This document shows, piece by piece, positions 10,132-21,082 of a stretch of 32,803 bases of DNA (its first letter is position 1; each line of letters begins with the position of its first letter). The translations under genes were made by a program, and so were the position numbers. The notes below the pieces were generated by a model. It made no database searches. It saw nothing but the letters and a program-made list of their open reading frames with translations, and was not told the DNA's origin. The DNA comes from Chrysochromulina tobinii. Lineage: Eukaryota. The DNA is taken from contig JWZX01002788.1 of the NCBI GenBank assembly GCA_001275005.1, forward strand, positions 1-32,803. The letters are read 5' to 3'.

Positions 10132-13100
10132 TCAAGGCCGTTTCATCTGCCACCACGCCGGCCAGTGCGCGTCCGCATGCAAGCACAGTGAATTATACGA
10201 CGTGGCGCATAGCCGTCCACTCGCCCCAAACAGCCAAACTTGGCGTGCCACCAGCGACTGGCTGCATGGTTGGAGTGCCGCAGGACAGTCTGGACAGCTC
10301 GCATCGGCAGCAGTCACGCAGTGCCCCGATGGGACATGCTTGATGGCCGCTGCTGTGCCGGCCGTACTTGCAGCCGTGGGGCTTGCAGCCGTGGCAACAG
10401 CAGTGGCCGCCGTGTGGTTGGTCGTGACGAACTCCTGGGTTGGCGCCGACGTGGTGGCACACACGTCAACCGTGAGATTCGACGGAGATATGGCGCCTCC
10501 GTCGACCGCCGTCAGACAGAGAGACGCACTGACGTCGAGAAGACGTAGGACGGTGTAGCCGCTGACCGGCTGCGGCTGCAGCCGCCAGCAGTCATTCGTG
10601 TTGCACTCGACGCCTTGGCCATTCGGACGGCCAACAACGCGATCTCCTGCCTTGGGGGTAGGCTGCTTGGGGTAATTGGGTGAATAAGTCTGCCCCTGGG
10701 GACGGACCATCAGACGCCCCTCTTGGACCCATGCATCGCCTCGTCCCTCCGTCTCAAACTGCTCGGGGGTCATTTAGTGCAATCCGTGACAATCCGAGAG
10801 GTCATCAGTGGCCATCAGTGGCACTCAGAGAGGTCATCGGTGGCCATCCGAGGCCATCCGAGGCCATCCGAGGCGGCACTCACCTGCGTGACCATCCTAT
10901 GCCTCCAGCTAGCAAGCACAGGTTCGAACACCGTGTTGGGCGCCAGGTCGATCGTCTCCTTCGGATCGGCCGTGAGATTAAACAGCTGCTCGTCGCCCCG
11001 ATTTGCATTGTACACGTACCTGATTAGGGAGGCAGCAATCATGGGTCATCAGATGTCAGACGGAACAACAGGTTGTCGCGCTGAAACGCGTGGATCAGTA
11101 TCTGCTCGGTTGGCCATCAATCGCAATCCATGATCATCAATCGCAATCCATGGTCATCAATCGCAATCAATGATCATCAATCGCAATCCATGGTCATCAA
11201 TCGCAATCCATGATCATCAATCGCAATCAATGATCATCCCTGGCAATCGCGGTGCACGTACTTGATGAGGCCGTCAGTGAGGGCATTCCAATGGTTTGAG
11301 TCATTATAGCACGTGCTGTGCTCGAGGTCGAGGTATTCACGCCACGGACCCGGATTGGGCGCGTATTCACAGCGCGCGCCCGTCGGGTCGGTGAGTAGGC
11401 AGAGCATCGATTTCCCATCCGTCGGGTCGAAGGGGGGCTGCGCCCACGACTGCGCGCCGCTCGCGAGCCCAGCAGCATCAACGAGGGTGTGGAAGACATC
11501 GCGCAGCTCTGTGACGACGGGTGGCTCGACGATAGAGCCGCGGGAGATGAGGGTCTGGCCGAGCTTGGCACGCGACTGCGCCCAACGCTCGGGCCATCGC
11601 AGCAGCATCGGCACGTGCGCCGAGAACTCGTACGGGTACCTACATTCAGTGGCATTCAGAGGCACTCAGAGGGACTCAGTGGCACGCCGAGAACTCGTAC
11701 GGGTACCTGCACTCAGAGGCACTCAGTGGCACTCAGTGGCACTCAGAGGCACTCAGTACGGGAGCCTGCAATTATAAAGGGGTCTTGCTTGCTAGCAGTG
11801 GTCATCATTAGAGGCCCTCACGGACCCCTTCCGCCAATGGTAGTGGTCGCCCTGCCCATCGCCGTGGTCCGACGTCCAGAGGATGAAAGTGCTCTCGAGC
11901 AGGCCGGTCTGCACGAGCGTCTCGTAGATGAGTCCCATCTGCTCCACCACCATTCGCAATCACTCGCACTCAGTGACAATCACTCGCAATCACCATTCGC
12001 AATCACTCGCAATCACCATTCGCAATCACTCGCACTCAGAGACAATCAAGCAGTTCGTGACCATCTTCAGTGGTCACTTTCGAAATGATCCTCATCAGCA
12101 TCGATTGCGCACTGATACTCACTGCACTCACCTGCTCATCAGTGTGCAATCAGTGCGCAGTGCATCTCAATCAGTGACAATCAGTGACAATCAGTGCAAT
12201 CAGTGCAATCAGTGCAATCAGTGCATCTCACTCAGTGACAATCAGTGGCCATCAGTGGCCATCAGTAGCACTCACCTGCTCATCGACGAAAGCCACCGAC
12301 GCAGCGTACGCGCGCCGGCCCAACGTCGCCTCCTCCTCCGGCATGGCGCCACACCTGATGAGGGAGGCAATCAGCATGCAATCAGACTCAGCGCCGGCCC
12401 AACGCCGCCTCCTCCTCCGGCATGGCGCCACACCACGCGTCCGCGGAGACTTCACACCCAGGAGGGTCGCCGAGGCTCGCATTGCCTCGAAACCGAGTGC
12501 TCCAGCAGCTGCTCGCACCGCTGGAGATCGCGCCGTGGACGCTTGCGCCGCTGAAGGTCGCGCACCGCACCATCGGGCGCAGCGCCGTCGTGGGCACTTG
12601 GTCAAGCAGGCGTTGCGGCGGGTCGTAGGGCGAATGAGGGCGGTGGAAGGACACCTTGAGCAGGAAAGGCTGGCCAGACGGGTCATGCGCCTTGAGGAAG
12701 GCGACAGCCTGAGCGCCGAGCCATGCGGTCGGATGCAGTCGCTCCTCGTACACAAAGGCCTTGCCATGCCAACCGTTCCAACCATCACCGTCCAGCGGGT
12801 CAAGCGTGGCGGATGGGTCCTGTCCAGGCATCTGCTGGGCAAACCAACGGTCGTAGTCGTCGTACTCGCCGTTCCATGGCCATGGTCTCGCCGACGGGTC
12901 CCAACGGCCCAGCCCATCGTACAGCACGGTGCGGTCGTACCCGTGCGCAATGCCTGAGTCGGACGTGGCGTTCCACCCAAAGTGATCCTTTCCCAGCGAC
13001 GCGGTGATGTAGCCCGCGTCCCGCAGCAACTGCGGGAAGACGAGCGGGTAGTGCTCGGCGACGTCACCATACCCGAGCATGCCGTGGCCCCAAGGACGCC

Positions 13101-13293
13101 GGCCGGTCAGCAGAGCCGCACGAGCGGGGGTGCAAGTGGGCGTAGAGGACCATGAAAAGCGCACGCGCACTCCTTCTGAAGCGATGCGATCCAGGGCGGG
13201 TGTGCGTACGGGCGATGCAGCATCGGCGTAGGATTGCGAATCCCAGCGCAGCTGATCCGCCATGGTGAATAGAAGGTTGGGTGGCGCGACCAT
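10132..13293 (-). CDS. Formylglycine-dependent (S1) sulfatase with C-terminal ricin-B/CBM13 lectin domain. Exons 13293-12434, 12354-12276, 11938-11826, 11639-11262, 11019-10884, 10758-10132
   Basis: PNLLFTMADQLR, CTPARAALLTGR (CxPxR), GKDHFG, SFHRPHSPY, WTSDHGD...HWRKG|YPYEFSAHVPML, EQLFNLTADPKE. C-terminal SLCLT/SGHCV/RQVW beta-trefoil motifs. Five GT-AG introns. Confidence 0.9.
11115..11238. repeat. Intronic 20-bp tandem repeat (catcaatcgcaatccatgat)n, about 6 copies
   Basis: Direct inspection; lies inside intron 11020-11261. Confidence 0.85.
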
Positions 13294-13505
13294 CTCGGGC
13301 GTGTTGGGGCTTGTGAAGTGTGCATGTGAAGGTCGATTATTGGCTGTGAAGGGCACAACGCACAAGGGGTTGGCACAAAACGCTTTCTTTGGCAACTTTT
13401 TGCATGCAACGTGACACGAAACTGACGTTTTTGATGCATGTAAATAGGGAAAGAAACGCTTGTATAAATGTCGTCGGTCAGACAGGACCCGCACTAAGCA
13501 GGAGC

Positions 13506-14595
13506 ATGGTACTCGTCCGTCAGCCGGACAAAATGATATAGACCGTCTCACGACCCCCTTCCCCCTGCCCGCTCTCGACTTGCTCGACAGTTGCTTGACC
13601 TTATTGATGACGACCTCGTCCGTGCCATCGTCGCAAGGGTGCCGATTCACGACTTGCTGCCGGTGGCGCTCACATGCACGCGGATGTGGCCCGCATGCAC
13701 AGAGCGTGCCAAGGCTAACCAGAAGCAGGACGGACCTCTCTGGACCACCCTCATCGTGGCTTCGGCATCTCGGGTCAAGTGGGCGCTGGGCATGGGCAAC
13801 ATCGAACCGAGTGAGGCGTGGTGCAAGGGGACCGCTGAGCGAGGCGACCTTGCCATGCTGCAGTGGCTTCGTGTGCATCAAGAGCCGCCGTGCCCGTGGA
13901 GCGAGACAGGCTGCATGTCAATCGCCGCAGCCCGAGGCCACTTGTCTGTTGTGCAGTGGCTGCACGAGCAAGGGGCGCCACTCCTCGTGGCAGACAACTT
14001 TGGCGATCAGCCCATCCACTGCGCTGCTCTGCACGGCCATCTCGCCGTGGTGCAGTGGCTGCACGAGCAAGGCGTGCCGCTCACTGGGGCGGGCTACAAA
14101 GGTCGGCAGCCCATCCACCACGCTGCTCGGCGTGACCAACTCGCCGTGGTGCAGTGGCTGCACAAGCAAGGGGTGTCGCTCGTCGTAGAGGGCACTGTTC
14201 ATCGAGATCAGCCCATCCACCACGCAGCAATGCGTGGCCATCTCGCCACACTGCAGTGGCTGCACGAGCAAGGTGTGTCGCTCACTGTGGCGGCCAACAA
14301 TGGCGAGCAGCCCATTCTCTGCGCTGCCCTGCGTGGCCATCTTGCCACAGTGCAGTGGCTGCACGAGCAAGGTGTTTCGCTCACCGTGGCGGCCGAAAAT
14401 GGTCGGCAGCCCATTCACTGCGCTGCTCGGCGCGGCCATCTCGCCGTGGTGCAGTGGCTGCACGAGCAAGGGGTGTCGCTCGTCGTGGCGGACAGCAATG
14501 GAGATCAGCCCATCCACCACGCTGCTCTGCGTGGCCATCTCGACACGGTGCAGTGGCTGCACGAGCAAGGCGTGCCGCTACCTGTACCTGCTTAG
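13506..14595 (+). CDS. F-box-like + ankyrin-repeat protein (ATG 13506, probable intron 13509-13590)
   Basis: LLDLIDDDLVRAIVARVPIHDLLPVALTCTRMW is F-box-like. About 8 ANK repeats (GDQPIHCAALHGHLAVVQWLHEQG). ATG|GTACTC...pyrimidine tract...gacAG|TTG. Confidence 0.82.
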
Positions 14596-14929
14596 GGCGG
14601 GCGGAAAACGGCGCCGGGTCCGGTATGCGTTTGGGTAAGGTGTACAGCTGTACAGCGTAGATGGTTGACTGCCAGTCTGGTGCATTGTGCATTCGATTTC
14701 GTGCAAACTTACGAACGCGCCTCTATTGCATTAGATCCGATCCGGCCTACGACCGTGTCGCGACCGGTCTGACCTCGCTGACATGACACGACGCCTCTTA
14801 CACAGCACTCTCGCCCTCCCCCGCCTCCACCCAGTCAGAGAACACCCAGATGCACTCGAATGCGGGGCTCATGTACGTCAGACAAAAAGGGGTTTGAGGG
14901 TCCGTTCGGAGTAGATGCCCACGACAACG

Positions 14930-17701
14930 CTACGTCCGGCGGAAAAAGTCCGGGTTGCGCGCCATGTTGCGCCTCTTCTCGGCCGTCTCAAAGTCCTCGT
15001 CACGGATGCCGCTATCACGCTCGATGAGCTTCGCGGCATCGTCGGCCTGCTGCTTGCCGTACTTGAAGGCTTTGCGCTGATTGTTCGGGTCGAGAGCATC
15101 TTCGGTTGCGCCGGAGGCTGCGGCGCGCGGGTTGAGCGCCGCGAGAAGCTCGTGGTACGCAATCTCGCCCGTGCCGTCGGCGTCGATCGTGTTCCAGAGT
15201 TCTTGTACATTCTCGCCGACTGTGATCCCCATGCCAGCCATCGCTTTGCTGAACTCCTTGTACGTGATCGTGCCACTCCGGTCTGTGTCCCACTCCTTGA
15301 ACGTCTCGAGGACGCGGGAAGCCTTGTGGCACACGACGTCGCGCAGCATGGCGAGGCCGTCCAGCTGGGAGCCGCCGAGTCCGAGTTGGCTAAGCTTGCT
15401 CTTCTTCGCCTTACTCGCCAGGCTCGCAGGCGCCTTGACTGGTGGTGCATGCCGACCCACAGCTGGTACGTTGCTAGGAGGTGGGACGAAGGCCTTTGTT
15501 CCCTTCTCCTTGTGCCTCCCCGTCGGCTTGAGCGCCTTCTCGAGCTCCTTGTAGTCGATAGAGCCGTTGCCGTCCGTGTCGAACTGGGCAAACATCTCAT
15601 GCATCTCCTCGCTACTCGCCTTGACGCCCATCGTCGTCACGGCCGCCGCGAACTCTTTGTAGCTGACCGTACCACAGTCGTCCACATCCCATGAACGGAA
15701 GACGTCGATGACACGCGTCGTTGCCATCGATTGGAGCGCCTCGCGTAGGCCGTCCCGGAAGCTGGACACGCCAGCCTGCCCCATGTGCTCGGCCAGGCCA
15801 GGCAAGTGGGCGACTGGCCGCTGTTTCGGCTTGAACTTGGCGTTCGGGTCGACTGCATCGTTTCGCAGCCCTTGCTGGAAGACTCGTTCGGCCACCTCGG
15901 ACTTGACGCGCACATCCTCGTTGTAGCCGACGTCGCGGATGCCGTTCCGTTCGATGTCTCTTCCGGCGCTCTCTGCCTCGTGGTGACCGTACTTCCACCG
16001 ATGCTGCTTATTGTTCGGATCGAGCGCCTCGAGGGACGCCTTGCCGGGAGCTGCCCGGTGTGGGTCGACCGCGGCAAGTAGCTCGTGATACGCTATCTCG
16101 CCGGTACCGTCCGCGTCGAGTGCTTCCCACAGGGTGTGGATCTCATTCGGATCGGTCACGCCGAGCGCGCCCATGGCGCCTCGGAACTCTTCGATGTCGA
16201 CCGTGAGCGAATGGTCTTTGTCCCACTCGTTGAACGTGTCGATGACGCGCTGTGCCTTGTGCAGCAGCATCTCCTTGACACGCTTTCGCATCTCGATGGC
16301 TCGCAGGCTGGCAACCTGCCATATCAGATGCAATCAGCGTTAACCAGAATTCATCAGCGTTTATCAGTGGGATAAGAGGCCATCAGTGGTCATCAGTGGC
16401 CATCAGTGGCCATCAGACGGCATCAGAGGCCATCAGCGGCCATCAGACGGCATCAGTGGCCGTCAGTGGCTATCACCTGCTCATCAGAAGGCAGAGAGTG
16501 CGCTACATGCGCCGCATGCGCCGCGTGCTTTGGCAATCAGTGGCAATCGGTGGCCATCAGAGGCCATCACCTGTTCATCAGCAGGCAGAGAGGTCGCCGC
16601 TTGCGCCGCTCGCTTCGTGGTTCCTGCATGCATGGTGTAACCGCCCTGCATCGGCACCGGCGAGACGCGAGATGGACCCTGCGGTGCGCGGCGCGGCGGC
16701 GGCTGGGGTGCTTCCTCGCGCCGACGCGGCTGCAAGTGGGTCGTGGAGGTCACCGACTGGCGTTCTTCCTCAGCGTGTGAGCGAGGGGTGAGGGCGGCGA
16801 TGGTGTTCGCAGCGGAAGGGGCGGCGAGGGCGGTGGCTTGGCGACCCGGCTCATCTCTTGACGCCTGCACATCGTGCCTAGGCGCGTCGTACCTTGCCTT
16901 GCCGTCTGACGGTATCGACGCGGGAGCGGTGGGCGGCGGCGGCGGCGCGGTCAAACGACCGCTCTTGACAGCCCCTTGGACGGCCTCATTCTCGTCGTCG
17001 TCGACGGGCTCGTTCATTGATGCTCTGCTGGCCGCCGAGGGCGCAAGATCGACCGCCGATGCGGAGGTGGGTATCGGAGTCTTGTTCGAGGCTGATGCCG
17101 ACGACGACGCTCCACTGGCGCCGCTGCCGGTGTAGGCTGGTGCAGCAGCTGGTCGTGCGGCTAGAGCCGCGGTTCCGACGACACTCCATGCATAGCGGAG
17201 CTCATTGAGGACGCGTGTGGAGCCCTGCAGGTCACGGAGGAGGACGTCCAGCTCGTCCTGCGTCAGTTTGCCGTCCTGGTTGCCATCGTACACGGACATG
17301 AGGTACGCAGTGCGCAGCGGCGGGCAAGGGTCACCCTGCATGATGACCTTTTCGGCCACGATGGAAGGTGGGTAGAGCTTCTTCTTAGCGAGATGGTGAG
17401 CGCTCATGATCTTCGACGGGGCGGATACATCCACGGCCGCGATCGATGTCGGCCGCCGAGTTAACGCAGGCATCGGCAGCCCAGTAAGGAGCGTGGTAGT
17501 GCGCGGCGACTGCATCTGCATGAGACGGGTCTCGAAATGCTCAATGTCCGTTTTGGCGGAAGGAGGACGGAAGCTCTTCACCGCGGGCATCGCCGGCCGG
17601 AAAGGCGGCAGCGCAGACGCCATGCCGTCCAACTCCGCGTCGGTGCGCACGGCACGGAAGGTGGGCGCCGTCCCTAAAGGCGGCGATCGCATTGCGACCA
17701 T
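14930..17701 (-). CDS. Multi-EF-hand calcium-binding protein (about 838 aa). Exons 17701-16571, 16315-14930
   Basis: Seven EF loops (DGNQDGKLTQDE, DKDHSLTVDIEE, DADGTGEIAYHE x2, DVDDCGTVSYKE, DTDGNGSIDYKE, DTDRSGTITYKE). Phase-0 GT-AG intron 16570-16316. Confidence 0.85.
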
Positions 17702-17775
17702 TGCTTGCGAACTTCTTTGTCCGGATATGTAACGGAAAATGAAGCGCACAGTCCCGGGCGAGCTGAAGTTGGAGC

Positions 17776-17828
17776 AAGCAAGCAAGCAAGCAAGCAAGTG
17801 TTGTTTCGACTAACTAGCTTGCTTGCTT
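17776..17828. mobile_element. 53-bp MITE-like insertion with (AAGC)n/(GCTT)n terminal inverted repeats and 8-bp TSD gttggagc
   Basis: gttggagc at 17768-17775 and 17829-17836 flank aagcaagcaagc...gcttgcttgctt. Confidence 0.6.
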
Positions 17829-18506
17829 GTTGGAGCTGCGTGCGCAAAGGGGGTGATCCAAGATTGATGAAGACGCGAGATCGATGGTCAGATCGATGGA
17901 GAGATGGAGGCGAGCGGCGGCGGCGGCTAGCCATCCGGGTTGGTCAGCGAGGGAGGCGAGCAGCGCAAGGGAATGGCGCAAGGGCTGCGAAGGTGCGAAC
18001 GAGGGCGGTTGAACAGGTACCATGTAGTGACTGGATGGCGCGGACGGCGCGGCGACGAGCTTCCCGCGGGGGGGGGCATCAAGGTTGCCCGATCAAGGTC
18101 AAAGCCCTATCAACTTAGTTCCCAGAGTGGGGGGTATAATCCTTGGGCAGCACGAGCGGAACGATTCGATCCTTCGATTGGGATTGCCCCCCGTCCGCTC
18201 AAAAACTTCGCGAATCAAGTTAAAGCGCCGGCCATTGACGCGCTGCTAGAGAATGCCATTATTACAGCAAGTTGGAGAGATGGAGACGGTGGAGTGTGCT
18301 ACATAATTCCTCGTGTCGTCCGTTTAGAACGGGCGACCTGCGCGGCGTCCGGTTTTGGCGGCGGGCTCTTGGTCTTGCCGGGTCTGCCGCACAGCACGCC
18401 TGATCGCCATGCCGTGGTCCGGCCCTGCACGCCCCTCGCACTATACTCTCACAGATACAAGGCATTGCTACTTCGTGGCCTCGCCGCATGCAGATAGCAT
18501 TCATTC

Positions 18507-20417
18507 TCATTCCTTGCCCGTGGCCGCGCTGCTCGCCATCTCCGCCTTCGCCGCCTCGTCAGCTAAGAGCAGGGCATGATTCCTCGTCGCCTCGCTTGTC
18601 AAGAGCGCGCCGGCCACCGTGCCGACATAGTACCGCAGCTCGCCCAGGCCCCACTGATCGTCATTATTCCGACCGCTGAACCTGTGACCCGCAGCCGGCT
18701 GGAACCCCGGGTAGGGCATGAGCTTTGAGTGCATCAACTGGATAAAGGGCTGCGCGAAGCTCGCCCCTTGGCATGCACGCGGGCCTGCGCCGAATATTGG
18801 CCATTTCTCCTTGCTGCTCGCAAAGTCGGGCGTGAACATGATGACCTGCGTGTTCGGGTGCACGGCGAGGCTGCCGTCCTTGAGCCGCGTGCCCGCGGGC
18901 CCGACGAACCTTTCCAAAATAGGAAACGGGTGGTTGCGGCGGATCGCGTCCTCGGGGCTCAGGCTCGGGTTTGCATGCATCGCAACGGCGATGTCGCCCA
19001 TGTTGATGGCGGGCGAGAGCAGAAAGGGCTGCATGAGTAGCGAGTAGTAGCGTGGCAACGCCCACTTCTCCTCGTGCAGCGACCACAACTCACTGTCTCT
19101 CAAGAGCGTCAGAAGAGCTTCCACAGCAGCAGCCTTGACCTCAGCACTCGCACGGCCTCGCACTGCAATCTCCATTCGCCACTCCCATGAGCCATCGACG
19201 AGCCGTTGCACGAGTGCCGCCTCGATCGCCTCGCCGTCGGCGCCCTTGACCACGCAGCTGTCCCTCTCCGCCCCTCCGGCCCCCTTGCCAAATAAGTAAC
19301 GACAGAAGGAGAGCACGGTGAGGCGCGCGATCGCCTCGGCATCGATCGGCGTGCCGGTCGCGGACGCGTGCACCAAGAGCGCATCCACGCGCCGCTTGGC
19401 CACGTCCGCAAACGTCGAGGCGGGCGGCAGCGCGGTGAGCAGCTTGTGGAAGTCCGCAATCATGAGTGCATGCAGAGGTCCATCAATGGACTCGAGTGAG
19501 AGGACCGGAGCCCATGCGGGTGAGGCAATGAGGCGCTCCAAGGCGTGGCCTTTGAGTGAGGAGCCTCGGAGGACGGCCATGGCGACCGTGACGTCGCTCA
19601 CCACCTGGATGCGCGTGCCACTCAGCAGCCCGAGCAGATGGAACGCGAGGCGCCGGGAGGCCTCCATGAGCTCGCCTGATCTCGCGAGGATGATGGCGAG
19701 ATTTGAAGCTCGGTAGCCCAGGCAGATGACGAGATCGTGCTGCACGGGCGGCAGCTCCTGCGAGGTGAGCTGGAGCCCGAAGAGCACGAGCAGGGACAGG
19801 ACCTCAAACGAGTACCGGTGGCGGAAGAAGAGCCATTGCTCCAGATGTGCATCTCCGAGCTCGCAGATCAACTGGACTGTCGCGAGCACGGGCAGAATGC
19901 GCGTGTACGGCTGGAAGGCCACCGGCGCGTTGGCCGCCTCCAACTGCCACGCCGCGACAGCAACCAGGCCAGTGAAGAGGAGGACCAGGCGCCACTCGAG
20001 CGTGTCCAGCTTCCCGGCTATGAAGTCCCCCGAGAATGTCTTGAGCATGTAGATGAGAATGGCGTAGTCGAGCCTCAGATCAAACACGATCAGCGCCGCC
20101 GCACCAATGAGCATGCAGAGGTTGAAAGTGAAGCTTCGGATCTGTACATTGACCGCCGCACCGATGCTGCCAATGTAGAGGTGCCCAATCCATCTGCCCG
20201 ACCGTAAGTACGGCAGCAGGCCAAGTGCGGCTTGCGACGCTGGCGAGATGGCACTCGAGGCCCGAGGAGCAAGCTCAAATGCGATGAGGCACACGAGCAC
20301 CAGTCGTGGCAGACCCCAGCCATACTTGGCCGCACGGTCTGAGCTGAAGTAAGGCGACGAAGCTACCGCTCCGGACACCACGGACGCGGTGGTCACCGAC
20401 GTCGGCGACGAAGACAT
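18507..20417 (-). CDS. Multi-pass membrane protein fused to a compact, divergent cytochrome P450-like domain
   Basis: Several hydrophobic segments in the N-terminal half. Heme-ligand motif FGAGPRACQG. K-helix-like EDAIRRNHPFP. I-helix-like FLLSPAINMGD. Confidence 0.72.
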   Translation of the reverse strand: MSSSPTSVTTASVVSGAVASSPYFSSDRAAKYGWGLPRLVLVCLIAFELAPRASSAISPASQAALGLLPYLRSGRWIGHLYIGSIGAAVNVQIRSFTFNLCMLIGAAALIVFDLRLDYAILIYMLKTFSGDFIAGKLDTLEWRLVLLFTGLVAVAAWQLEAANAPVAFQPYTRILPVLATVQLICELGDAHLEQWLFFRHRYSFEVLSLLVLFGLQLTSQELPPVQHDLVICLGYRASNLAIILARSGELMEASRRLAFHLLGLLSGTRIQVVSDVTVAMAVLRGSSLKGHALERLIASPAWAPVLSLESIDGPLHALMIADFHKLLTALPPASTFADVAKRRVDALLVHASATGTPIDAEAIARLTVLSFCRYLFGKGAGGAERDSCVVKGADGEAIEAALVQRLVDGSWEWRMEIAVRGRASAEVKAAAVEALLTLLRDSELWSLHEEKWALPRYYSLLMQPFLLSPAINMGDIAVAMHANPSLSPEDAIRRNHPFPILERFVGPAGTRLKDGSLAVHPNTQVIMFTPDFASSKEKWPIFGAGPRACQGASFAQPFIQLMHSKLMPYPGFQPAAGHRFSGRNNDDQWGLGELRYYVGTVAGALLTSEATRNHALLLADEAAKAEMASSAATGKE

Positions 20418-21082
20418 GATTTTTGCTTCGAGATTTCCTGAGTTTTCAATCTCCGTTTCATGGAGATCCGAATGTACAGGACATGTGCTCGCGTTCGTCT
20501 TCGACCTGTGGCATCCAAGGGATGGTCGCAGAAAGCGAAACTCGTGAGACACACCTGTTCAAGAACACCGGGGGAGCCGCCGTCGTGGCGCAAAGCCGCA
20601 CGCATGAGACAAGCACACCTGACCCGCGCACCATGCGCACGCCAACCAACATCAAAAACCGAAACGAAGCTACCGGTACCGGTACGGTTCTGTGAGGTTC
20701 GATTGTATTACGTCTGTGAGATCCAAGCACCCATCCGTTGGAATTCACACCGCAGATCGCCATTACGGAAGCATGCGGTGGCGGTTCGCAATCTTCCTCG
20801 CACACACAGCTGTGAGCATCGCAATCAGCACGGGCGGAGGCCTCTTTCACTTGCAACCATCAAATCCTTCTCTCTGGACCGCACGCATATCTCAGTCGGG
20901 CAGGGGTGTAGGCCTCCGAGGTTTTCCGGTGGCTGATGACGAGAAACCCTTTAGGGCATCCAGCAGTGGCATCCAGCAGTGGCATTTAGGGTTTCTCGCT
21001 CGTCGCCGCGGCGGCCATCGCCTGGTCGCCACTGGCCCGAAATCAGCCGAACACGGCCTCGCGTCTCGCACATGCACCTCGC

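Noticed and set aside
13294..13881. N-terminal extension of ORF 12388-13881
   Set aside because: Overlaps the F-box-ANK gene on the opposite strand and an AT-richer promoter region; sulfatase homology starts near 13293
17940..18497. 185-aa plus-strand ORF and other short ORFs in this gap
   Set aside because: No motif, non-ATG start, expected by chance at this GC content
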